Assembly: GCA_964016885.1 (NCBI GenBank)
Contig: OZ024740.1
Span: 259,718,001 to 259,782,000 of the forward strand
DNA length: 64,000 bases
DNA from: Eledone cirrhosa
Taxonomy: Eukaryota
Direction of reading: 5' to 3'
How positions within the stretch are numbered: the first letter of the stretch is position 1; each line of letters begins with the position of its first letter. This document shows, piece by piece, positions 13,701 through 26,920 of this stretch. A model generated the notes under the pieces. The model was not told the origin of the DNA. It did no database searches and was given only the letters and a program-made list of their open reading frames with translations. Made by a program: the position numbers and the translations under genes.

Positions 13701-16700
13701 CCCCCCCCCCAAAAAAAAAACAGGGCCTATAAAGTGTGGAAAATAAGAAACCAACCTGACAACAAGGGTTCCAATACAAGGATCAGCCCATATCTCAAAC
13801 ATCTTTTCTTCTGTGCCAACAGAGAAAATGTGTAGACATTCATTGCTAATGGAAGAAGCAGCATCAGAAGAGATTTGAGATAAGTTGGATCTTAACCAGG
13901 GCTTGTGGTGGTCACCATTGTCTGAAGAGTTAGAAAAGAAAGTATTTTATAAGTTAAATTTGGTAAAATTTAGACCCACCCTCAAACAGAAGTGCAAAAA
14001 GCTTCATGGATAGAATACAGAAGAAATAAGCAGTAATTAGAAGTGTGTGGGGAGGTGGGGTGGTATCATTATCATCATATGTCTTTCTTCCATGCCAACA
14101 TGGGTTGGACAGGTTGTCACAGTTTATACGACCACCACCACTACATTTTGCTCATACATTCCATATTTAGCCCTTTATCGTGGCTTCAGCACAATCCCTG
14201 TACAGAGTGTACTGGGTACATTTTATCATGGCACCAGATTATCACTTTACAATGTGTTCTGGGTGGATTTTATCATAGCACCAGTACTACAACTTTCTAG
14301 TGTACTGGGTGTGTTTTATCATGGCACCAGCACTACCACTTTACAGAGTGTACTAAGTGCATTTTAACGTGGTACCAGTACTACCACTTTATAGAGTGTA
14401 CTAAGTGCATTTTACTATGGTACCAGTACTACCGCTTTATAGAGTGTACCAGGTGCATTTTACTGTGGTACCAACAGTCTTCTCTTAAGTTAGTGTTGAT
14501 ATATCTAATGGAGAGATTATCACAATGTTAATTAAAAATAAGTAAGCAGTGATGAAGAAATTCAAGGGTTTGGACTGTTAGTGTTGCTGCTGTAATGACT
14601 TACCAAAGATGTCTGCTGTTTCCTGCATCATTTTCTCTTTTGATCTTGGACCAGGTATCCACTGGTCAGGTAGAACCTCTTCCCCAAGCTGTAACCATAG
14701 TGACACACTGAAGCCATTTTGATAAGGTGGCCATGGCAGTAAATTGGAAACTTGCATAGTGACTGGGGCTAGACTGGTCACCTTTGGATAGCTGCCAGGG
14801 TGGACATCTGGAAAAGATGCAGACATAGAATTGTAATGTTGGATAAGGTAAAGAGGAAGGGAAGAGCAAGAAATGTTAAAATGACATTAGACAAAGTAAT
14901 TTCTCAACTGTGAAGGTAGTACGGGGTTTGGGGCAGTCCTTGAGCTAAGTTCAAATTTTCAGGGGCTTTGTTAAAAATATTATATACAGAAATTATTGAT
15001 TTCTCGCCTGCAAAGGTAGTACACAAGGTGGTCAGTCCTTGAGCTAAGTTCAAATTTTTAAGTACTTTATGAAAAATATTATATACGTACAATATTGGGC
15101 ATCCAGTCTTCTCTAAACATAAACATATCTCTCTTTTGATTACCCTCAATGTATATAAATCAGGGACAGAAGTAATTCATTTAAATAAAAGGAGGATTCT
15201 TTGGTAGAGAAAAGGTTGGAAACCGTTGCATTAGAACATAAGGCAAAATGTCTTGTAGTATTTCTTCCAGGTCTTTAAGTTCTGAGTTCACGGCTATCTG
15301 GTCCTTGAGTACTTTTAGCAGAGTTCAGTCGGTTGCAAGCATTCAGACCAGATTTAAGCATATACTCCTCCCTTACTTTCACTAGTATTCAAGGCCACAA
15401 AAAAAATGAAGACCCATGGGCTTCACACTTTCCTCCCTGACTAAGTGTTAAAAAAAAAGGTGTGGCTATGGAAATTAAATGAAAAATGAAATTTACAGCT
15501 CACACATATGCAGGTTTAGCTGGATTCCATTCAGGTTGCATCTTATAGAAGGTTTCTCAGGTCCTATCATGAAAAGCAATGTGAAATGAAGTGATGTGCT
15601 CAAGAACACAATGAGCCACCCAGTCCAAGAATTGAACCCACAATATTATGATCACAAGTCCAACACCCTAACCACTATGAGATGAAATATGTTTGTAGCT
15701 GTTTAAACCCATGTCTCCAGCAGATCTTTGATGAAAAATATTTCAGTCATGACTATATTTCTAATGAAATACACTAATTTAATTAAGAACACATTCTAAT
15801 GGCGAAAATGATCTGAGAGGTCTCTACCTGTCCACATCACTGACTACTACAGAATGGCATGAAATCAATGTTGGCATCTATCGCCCTAGGCTAGTCATAC
15901 AATATAGGCTCCATTATATCAATTATGTGTCCCATTTGCCAAAATAATTACAATTTACAGTTAGGCAAGTTGATGAGCCTTCTTGTTCTAACTATACTGA
16001 GGAACTTACTAAGCCTGCATCTTCTATTATGCAGTCCACACCCACCCATGCCAAATCATGTTACAGTTTGTAACACTATGACACCACTATGCAGTAAAGA
16101 TGTTGAGTGGTTTATTTATTGATCACCAAAAATTTAATTATGCAAATTTATCTAAAACTGATTCTTTCAGGCTCAATAATGTACCCCTCTAAAGCCTGTG
16201 CCCATGGTGGCTGCCTAATTGACCTTGAAAAACAATTAGATGACACATACACTAACTTATTTAGAAGAGTGAAGAATCTGAGCTGGTAGTCACATCTAAT
16301 CAGACAATCTATGGAAGTCTGTGTCCAATATTACTCAGACTTAAACAGAAAAGGCTCCATTTCACAGTCCATTGTTTTAGAGCAGTTCTATTGTTTTAGA
16401 GTGGACATGGAAGTAATTTCATTGCTTCTCCTATGGAAGCCAACTGGAAATGTCCATTGTCAAAAAATGACTTATCCAGAGTCTATTTCACGAGATTCAG
16501 GAATCCACCTTAGAGAACTGGGGACAGCAATGCTGAATGTTTGAGAGTGTTCTGACTGACAAGAATGATGAGGATGAATTAGTCTTAATAGTAGCATTAA
16601 TTCTACATGAGATAAACAGTGACTATTGGAGAAAATACTATCAAAATATTGCCTTCAGGAACTTTCAAGAAATTGATGCTGTGAAGAAAATTGATTAACC

Positions 16701-19700
16701 CTTTTGATAGCACACTGCCTGTTTTACACTTAGTGGTTAGAGAATTGGATTTGCAATTATAAGGTTGCGAGTTCAATTCCTGGACTGAGCAATGTATTAT
16801 GTCTGAGCAAGACACTATATTACACATTGCTCTTTCTGCAAGGAGTGCAACCAGTAGATAGTATCAGTAATGGAAAGACCAATGGAAGCATTGTCTCCTT
16901 GGTCTGATTTGATGAGTTCAACCCCATTTAGTAAGCGAATGAGGTTCGAGATCTTGTCAATCGATATTTATATTAAAACTGTCCATCACTGTTTTATGTA
17001 AGATATTTTGTTAAGCTATGTTCCAGAAACCAGTTTAATAATTGTTTATTAAATTTAATATTAATTGTAACTCATTGGCAGTATACTTAATTAGAAATAA
17101 GGTAACAAAAGGGTTAAGAACATTTGTGCTTGTCAGGTTTTTGACATGGTTTTACTGGCTGGATGCCCTAATTAACACCAATCACTTTACAGCAGGTACA
17201 GGTTGTATTTTATTGGGCCATCAGCACTAGAGAAGTTGTCTGTCAAGACGTAAGTGTTCTCTCTACACAGTGTCTTTATCATTTTATATCGGTTTTCCAG
17301 GCTGACATGGGTTGGACAGATTGTCCTGGTCCAATAATAGATGGGTTGGAGAATCACATCTTGCTCATATTTTCCATATTTTAGTATGATTTCTATGGTT
17401 GAATACCTGTTCTAATGTCAACCACTTTACAGAGTGTATTGGGTGCATTTTATAATGACACTAGTACTACCACATTATTAAGGGCGGTGGATTGGCAGTA
17501 TCAGTAGAGGGTCGGACGCCATGCTTTCCAGCATAGTTACATCCCTTTACGATATGAGTTCAAATCCCGCCGAGGTTGACTTTGCCTTTCATCCTTACGG
17601 GGTCGTCGATAAAATAAAGTACCAGTAATGCACTGGGTAATTGCTGGCCTTGTGCCTAAAGTAGAGACAATTATTAAGTGTATTGGGTGCATTTTATCAT
17701 GACACTAGCACTTGAGAGGTAATCTTGTACTTGGCAAGACTGAAGAGTCCCCTCTATTTTATATTGCCTGTTTGATTGCCTGCCACTTTATAGAGCAGAC
17801 TGGGTGCACTTTATTATAGCACCAACACTAGTGCGGTTGTCCTTGACAGAACCAAAGAGTTCTCTCTTCCTTAATTCATTAACTACTGTACAGGACATAC
17901 TAGGTGCCTTCCATTGTGACACTTTATTTGTTGTTCAGAAGAAAGACAAGAAAATAAAATTACCATTTTCACAGCTAGACTCCATTTTGTGTTTGCTGCT
18001 ATTGCTGTTGCTGTTGCTGTTGCTTAAATCCTGCCTTGTTATTGGGAACTGGACATAATGAGTAGGTGACACTCTATAGTTTTCAACAATTCCTGTCAGA
18101 GTCAACAGCAATAAATCCTGGTTGAGAGATAATTTAAAACTATTAATACATTACCATCATCACAACCATTGTTATTGTTATTATTATTATTAGTAGTAGT
18201 AGAAGAAAAAAGGAAAAAAAGAAGGAAAAGAAGAAAACGACGACGGCGACATGTTGAAGATATTAAACTTTTGGCGGCCAGGATTGGTATGCCATGTATA
18301 CCAGGATTAGTATATATATGAAGAAATATACGAACTGGATGATTTGTGTTATGATAAATTAATCGTTTGCATAAGAGAAACCCTATAGCTTATGTTGATT
18401 ACTGACATGTAGAAGTGATAATAGATAAGAATGCGGAGTGGGTGGGCTCTGCCAGGTTTTAAGTGCCCAAGACATGAAAGGGCAGTGAGGAGGGGGGGGG
18501 GGGTGCTCTGCTTAGTATACAATATATAGTAAAAGATCTACCAACTATAAACAAAATATTTGAGTACATGGAGGTTACAAATAGATTCAACAGAACCTTC
18601 TAGCTGCTTTACAGCTCCCTTTGCTTCCCATTATCTTATCTTTATCTATAGCTAACCTACTACTATTAATACTAATACTATTGTTGATAGGGCATTGGAT
18701 TAGCAGTATCAGTAGAGGGTTGGACGCCATGCTTTCTAGCATAGAGTTACGTCCCTTTAAGGACTGAGTTCAAATCCCTCCAAGGTTAACTTTGCCTTTC
18801 ATCCTTACGGGGGTAAATAAAGTACCAGTAATGTACTGAGTAATTGCTGGCCTTGTGCCAAAAGTAGAAACAATTATCTTATCTTTATTTTTTTTTATGC
18901 TTATTTTGCCTCCAGTTGGCCTTCTTTGTTTAATTCTTTATTTTTAAATTTAAATTTCTATTTTTATATTTTCTCTGTCTATCCTATTTTTTGTTTCTCA
19001 ACTGTAAAAAGTACGAGCCACTTACTCTAGTCTGTCATGGCTTACTAGCTCTACACAGACGTTTAAATTGATTAAATAAATAAATGAATAACAAAGGTAT
19101 GGTGGGAGAAGAATATAATAATGAAGTAGAGATAGAAGTGTCAGATAGACGGGTACATCATAGAATAGAGATATTTATGTGATATATAACAATAGAGAGA
19201 CTCCCTCCATTGCTATGAAGAAGGTGTGTATTCTTACACATGGAGAGCCATCTTCCATGAACAGACGCAGTAACAGCTTCAATTCAGCAGCTGTTATTTC
19301 ATTCTGTGCTAACTGTTGAATGTACGTAAACAGCAAGATCTGGGTTTCTACAATAGATAATATCATACATATTTAATACATGGGTTTCACACAGAGTTTA
19401 TAGAATCTCTTTACAGTGTTTATTTAGATCAACAATAGTGTCTGCATATCTATGTGAACTATATCAACTATAGTGTCTATATAGTACATATCTATCTATC
19501 TAGGTGAACAGTAAGATCTGTCTACAACAAATATCATACATATTTAATATACAAGTATAATGCAGTGTATATAGAGTCCATACAGTGCCTAGACCAGTGT
19601 TTCCTAAACTTTTTGCCGTGTCTCCTCTACCCCACCCCCACACAAAAACACACACACCACCATGATCAGACAACGTATATAACATGCTGGATACATTGGA

Positions 19701-22619
19701 TCTAAGTAAAAGATCTTACAATTTCCTTCCTGCAAAAAACTTGTTATATCATGGGATTAAAGAAAAAACAAGTTCAGTGTTGTCACTACCATTACCAATC
19801 TCTCTCTATCTCATACAAACTCTTACCATCCTTTTTCCAATGTGATCACGAAATACACAACTTTTTTTTTTTTAGTATGATCGACAAGATCCCAGACCTC
19901 ATTCACTTACCGAGTGAGGTGGAACTCATCAGATAACCCCTAAAAAACAATGTTGGTCTCTCATCACTCTATACAGGTTGATAACATGTGGTGCAGTAAA
20001 TGAATATATACATATACACCAGGTCTGAATAACAAGGAAACAATGTTTCCATTGATCTTTCCATTGCTGATATTATCAACCAGTTTCAGCAACATGAAAT
20101 AAAGTCTCTTGTTCAAGGACATAATGCATCACCTGAGCTGGGAATCAAACTCACAAACTCACGATTGTGAATCCAACTGACAACTAATGTCCCTTCACAA
20201 CAGATTTAATAGGTAGTATAACAATAGCAACTTACCTTTACTAATGGAGGTTCTTCCTAAGAGATCGTCCTTCATCCCATTGAGTAACAGTCCAGCAATG
20301 CCCTACAGATACAACCAGAGTGACATCAATATATTCAAATATTCAATACAAATTTCAGAACAGAATGTATTGTAATCTTCTTCATTTGCCTATTCCTGAG
20401 AGGGTTGTGGGAGCAGAGTCCTTAAACACTCCTTCCAGTGCGTCTTATCAGAAATAACCCTCTCCAATTGATCTGGCTGGATCCCAGAGTGAGACCAGCC
20501 AACCTCATGGATATTATCCAACAATCTTACCCCTGGGTCTCCTGGTTGGTTTTGCCTGTAAGATTTGTCCAGTGATTCTTTCCTAAGACATTCTAACCAC
20601 ATGCTCATAGTATCAGAACTTTGATCCAATTATTTGTGAAATGTACGTTACTCGTCAATGATCAATAAAAACATTTATGTGAAACTTAATTTATACATTC
20701 GTTTTCTTTGTATTACAACACAAAGATTATCTCCCTTGATACTGATTGGCTAGGATTTATGGATTATCTCCCTTGAGACTGATGACCTAACATCTTTAAG
20801 ATCAGTGATACCTGTTTGCAATTATACTTTGTATTTGACATTTACTTCAATATAACCACGAACACTACCACTGTTAATGTCATCCGCAACACCACCACGA
20901 ACAACATCACTGTTAAGACTGCCCCCAACACGACCAAAAACACCACCACTGTTAGGGTCAACCCCAACTTGACCATGAACAAAATCATGACCACCCACAA
21001 CACAACCACAAATACCATCACTGTTAAAGCCACACCATTAACATAACCAGCATCATTACAATCAATGCCGTATATATGTATGTACGGACCTGTAACTCCT
21101 GATGTTGTTGTAGATGCACCATCATATCATGGGTATTTTAAACCTGGCAGAGCCCATTATTTTTTAGATCTAAACATAGTTAAAGGGAGAGGATTCACCA
21201 CAGTACTGAAGTGGTCCTTTTTTTTATAGACCTCAAAAGGATGAAAGGCAAAGTTGACCTCAGCAGGATTTGAACTAAGAGCGCAGAGAGCCAGAATGAA
21301 TACAGCATAGCATTCTATCTGATGTTCTAACAATACTGTCATTTTGCTGCCTTCACCATATATCTGCTGACAATGCGGTTCCCCACCAAATTACATAATG
21401 CAAACTGACATTACCTAATTTCTCCATATGGTGGTTCCACTTGGACCACTGTCAGCAGAACAGAATCGTAGAAACTGATGCATCGATGCGGATATCTCAA
21501 TTTTCCTATCCTCTTCTTAGTGAGACAACTACAAGAGAGGTTCTTAGAGAAGAATAAGCCACTATATTTAGCTTTTGTTGACAAGTAGGAGTTCATCAGG
21601 GTTATATCCTCAGCCCACTTTTGTTCATTATAGTTCTCCAAGCCATAAAAGAGGAGTTTAAGATTGGCTGCCCATGGGAACTTCTCTATGCTGAAGATCT
21701 GGTGCTTATAGCAGAATCAGTAGTGGAGCTAGAGAATAAATTCTGGCTATGGAAACAGCAGTTGGAATCAAGAGGACTGAGAGTGAACCTAGCATTGATA
21801 GGTAGAAAAGAGGACAAAATTCTGATTCCATCAGGAAAATGGCCATGCTTGATATGTAGAAAAGGAGTTGGCATAAACTCTATAAAATGTACACAAGAGG
21901 TGTAGTGGGATAGCAAGCAAACTAACAGGAAGGGAAAACTTCATATGTAGTACATGTTCAGGAAAAATTGATAGTAGAAATATCAGTGATAGGCACATTT
22001 TTCAAATGCAGGTAGGATCTATAGAGGTGGTTGATAGATTTTGATATCTAGGTGATCAAATTAGCAAGGGAGGAGGATGCTCCACAAACATAGTATCTAG
22101 AATAAGGACAGGATGGAAGAAGTTTAGGGAGCTGCTTCCTCTGTTGATAACAAAGCATTTCTCCCTGTGAATGAAAGGTCAGTTGTATGATGCCTGTGTG
22201 AAATGCACGATGCTACATAGTAATGAGACATGGGCAGCAACTGCAGAGGATATGCGACGGCTAGAGAGAAATGAAGCAAGCATGCTCCATTGGATGTGCA
22301 ATGTCAAAGTGCGTGAACAACCAAGCATGGATGAGTTGAGAGAGAAACTGTGTATAAGAGGAATAAACTGTAGTGTGCAGGAGAGAAGACTGAGTTGGCA
22401 TGACCATGTCATGTGCATGGATGATGACTGCTGGATGAAGAAATGCCTTGTAATCCCAGTGGAGTTCAGGCACAGTAGAGGAAGACCACAGAAAACATGG
22501 GAAAAGGTGGTGAGAGCTGACCTCAGATTGCTGACACTCACAGAAATGATGAAGGACAAATGGAGAGGTACTCTGCTGAAGAAGTCTCATGCAAGCAGGG
22601 AAAAGCAGTCATAAAATGA

Positions 22620-22652
<33 letters not shown>

Positions 22653-22655
22653 TGA

Positions 22656-22723
<68 letters not shown>

Positions 22724-25700
22724 GGTAGAACAATATTGTCAATTTTTAAAAGAGAGTAGAGAAATAGACTTATAGAATATAACTACCAGCTTTTCAGAGA
22801 AAGGAACAACTCAATGCCTTATATGATATATATAAAAGTTTGGAGAAGAACAGATATTAGCATGGATGAGTAGTTATACATATAAGTAAAAGCAGAGCAT
22901 ACATAAACAAATTGTTTTTAATCTCTTACGAATGTTTCAAATGAACTGTGACCTCGAATTATTCACATGGTGTTGGAAAATACATCATACATCGTCATCT
23001 ATAGAATAAATATGATTCTCCGATCACACTTCACCTTCTTCAGAGAGAAACAGATAATCAATGATGATGACTAATCACTTAAAATATGTTTTTACCTTTA
23101 GTGTGAGATATCTTAAATAATTCCTCATCATAAGGACCAAGAGAATACTAACTGAATTCAAATATTTTTCAGGTTTTGTTATATTCACGAACGACGGGTG
23201 TTGCCATTTTGTCTTAAAAAATATAAATAGCCAAACAAACGTGTAAGGGAGTTAATTTATGGAAATTTAACTCCAGAGATTTTTTTCTTGGATAAACAAA
23301 CCAGTTTTAGAAAAGATATTCACGTCCCTAAATTACAATTAATCAATAAGGACACTGTTAGATACAACCAGAAGTGGACATAGTTGTGTTTATATCAATA
23401 TTCCCCAAAAAAGCTTCCACATTCTCATCTGCTTAAGTATATTCACAGATTCAAGGGATCAGACACCATACCCTGATGACTATATATGCCCCGTGGGGTA
23501 AACCAGGATGCATACCCGACTCTGCACGTCACCCTAGGCAAGAACATCGCCTGAGCCGAGGCAGGTTGACCTGGATTCCACTGACTTTCAGTCATATACA
23601 TTAGGACAATATACCTCAACCACAGTGACATACTCCAGTATGGCCGGTCCACGCACCCCCATGCTTGTGTATCTTTTCAATAGTGAGTCCATACTCTCAA
23701 CGTATTCCATCTTGTAACACATATATTTTCTGTATATCTCATGCTTCTCCTGTGTACTATCTCATACGCATACACGTTCCTCATTCTTCTTTTTTATATA
23801 TCTCTATGTGATGTTATATCTATACTTTTAATCTCTTGCATGTTTATTTTATATATGTGTCTTTGTGAGCGAGTCTGTATCTGTGCCTGTAGGCAGGCGT
23901 CTGTGTATGCGTATGTCTATAGTTTTTTTTATATGTTCTCCTTAAGCGTGTATGTATAGCGGGAGTCTATGCATACGGATGTTGTTATCTATGTGATTGT
24001 GTGTGTGTGTGTGCGTGTGTGTATATGTGGGTGTGAGTGCGCGCATGGATGTGTGAACTACCACACCCAGTAGTAATTCATCGAAGTGTGGCAGAAAGGG
24101 ACAGCTGATGGTCAGTGGAATTGACACCTGTTGGTCAGAATTACGATGACGTAGAAAAGCAGCAGGCAATAATAGGACGCGCGAAGAGGATGTTTTTGAC
24201 GCTAACACCCCAGTGAGAGAATTTTCTCCGAAATCATTAGACGCGTCTGTCGAACCTGCAGATCCACACAATGATTGTGTCTCGAGCTGTCCACCGGCGG
24301 AACAATTGTAAGACACAATAAATTGAGTTCAGATGCATCACTGATTTTTCGTTTTATATTATATATATATATATATATATAATAATGATAATAATAATAA
24401 ATATGAACAAAGAATCAGTATTGCATCATAAACATATTTAATTACATATTACATATGTTTCACTGCCAATCAGCTCAAGGAATGATCAAATAATGTCGTA
24501 CCTGACTCTGGAATCAGAACCTCCTCAGATATGTGTTCTCACATGTAGACACATTTCAATTGCACCTCTACTACCTATATATATACATATAAGTATGCAT
24601 AAATTAAGTATATATATCATATAACCTCACATGTAAACATATATGCTAAATGCATATATGCAGCTGTTTCTTTTTTTTAGCTACCCTATTATATCCATTA
24701 ATAACAATACCTACCTCTGAACTCATAGCTTGCATGGCCCCTTGATCTTCACGACATGTCTGTACCAATTGGTAAAGAATTCGGTGGAATATTCCCTGTG
24801 CATATCCTTCTTTGTTCATGTCAATCATCAATTCAATAATAAGACGGTAGACGGAAGCAAAATGGATTTGGGTGAGATAATGATCAGATTCTTTGTTCCG
24901 AGATGGTTTACCTGTACATACACACAGAAATATAGATGAATATTTACAATAAAAAGGCAGTCAAGTGAGAATAATAATATATCTTTCTTTTTGTCCAGTA
25001 TCTCTTTGTGGTGTTATAAGGGTGCTGTATTGACTTGCAGTGTTTCTAGAGCGTTTTGAATGGATGAAAGGCAAAGATGACCTTGGCAGGATTTGAAATC
25101 AGAGAAGACAGCGCTAAATTGAATACCACAAAGCATTCTATCCAACGTATTAACAACTCTGCCAATTTACCACCTATAGTAATGTAAATACCACAGATAA
25201 AAGACTATCTGGCATGAAGAATTCCCTTGAAGAATTCCCTTTAGCTTGATGGGATGAGACAACTCTTTTAACATTAGTATCACAATGGTACGCATACAAA
25301 CCAAGACAATGCAGGGTAGAGGGGACCCGTTTGTACTGTCATGGCGACAACCTTTCAAGTGTTGGTGACACAATACAATGTACTCAGTACACGTTTTATA
25401 GTGCTACAATAAAATGTACCCAGTACTCACTGTAAAGAGATAGTGCTTGTGCTATGATAAAATGCAGCTAGTACACACTGTAAAGTGTTAGTGCTGGTGC
25501 CATAATAAAATGTACCAAGTAGATACTGTAAAGTCTTAATGCTGGTGCCACAATAAAATGTACCCAATACACTTTTTCAAGTGGTAGTGCTTGTGTCACA
25601 ATAAATGCATCCAGTACACTCTGTAAAGTTAAGACACTATAAAGTTTTAATGTTGGTGTCACAGTAAAATGTACCCAGTACACTTTTTCAAGTGGTAGTG

Positions 25701-26877
25701 CTTGTGCTATGATAAAATGTACCCAGTAAACTCTGTAAAGCGTTAGTGTTTGATAAAATACACCCAGCACATACTGTAAAGTGGTTGTTATAAGGAAGGG
25801 CATCTAGCCAGAGAAAACTTGCCAAAATGAAACATATGAGCAAGGTATGGTCACCTGACCTGACTAGTTTTAAAATGAGATAACCCATCTAACCCATGCA
25901 AGTATCAAATATAGACCTATGATGATGATGACGCTGATGATTGCGGTAATGGTAACGATAATGGTGTCAATGAATGTTTGGTTATGAGTTTGAGTAAAAA
26001 TAATAGTCATGTGATTAATTGCTATGACAACAGTACCTCTGAGATCATCGGATAAGGAGTATTCACTATCAGCATCATAACCACATTCTATAAGGAGACA
26101 TTCCATTTCAGTGTCAGAACCTTGTTGGAGCAACTGGCGGACCTCTTCTTCATCAACCAAGTCATCATCTTTGGAATACTGTAGAGAAAGAGAAAGAGGT
26201 GAGGAGTGAATGAATGAGAGAGAGAGAGAGGGGGGAGTGACAGAATTTGAGAGAGAGTTAGGGAAAGAAGAATTAGGGAGACAGTGAAACAGACTTAGAT
26301 AGTTAGAGAGAGAAAGAGGAGTGGCTAGGGTTAAGGTAGGAGATAGAAACAGTGAGAGAGGGGGGAGTGAATTAGGTTGAGAGAGAATGAGAGGGGGTAG
26401 GGAGCAAGGGAAGCATAAGATAGGAGAGAAAGGAGGGAGATAAATAAGAAAAAGGGAAAAAAAGAAAAAGAAATTTACAGCACATTTATATAGGATGTTT
26501 CTTGAGAGTTTTAATGATAGGGGACCAGGTTTTATGTTGTTATTACAGCTCACACCTATGCAGGATTGGCTAGACTCCTATGAAGTTACATCCTATAGGA
26601 TGTTTCTTGGGAGTTTTAATGATAGGAGCTTCAGTCCTATTATGTTGTTGCAGTTGACATTTATTTAGATTTGGCTGGCCTCCTACAAGGTAAGTCTCAT
26701 AGGAGATTTCCTGGGTGTTTTAATGACAAGCACCCCAGGTCTAGCATAAAAGACAACATGAAATGTTGCTCAAAAACACAATGGGCCACTTGGTTCAGAA
26801 ATTGAAAGTATGACCTTATGAGTTCAACACTAACCACTATGTCATAAACCAGAGAAAGTGTGAGAGAGGTTGGTATA

Positions 26878-26920
<43 letters not shown>

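Noticed and set aside
23465-23520. Hammerhead at ccctgatgactat
   Set aside because: No GAAA box or consistent stems could be built
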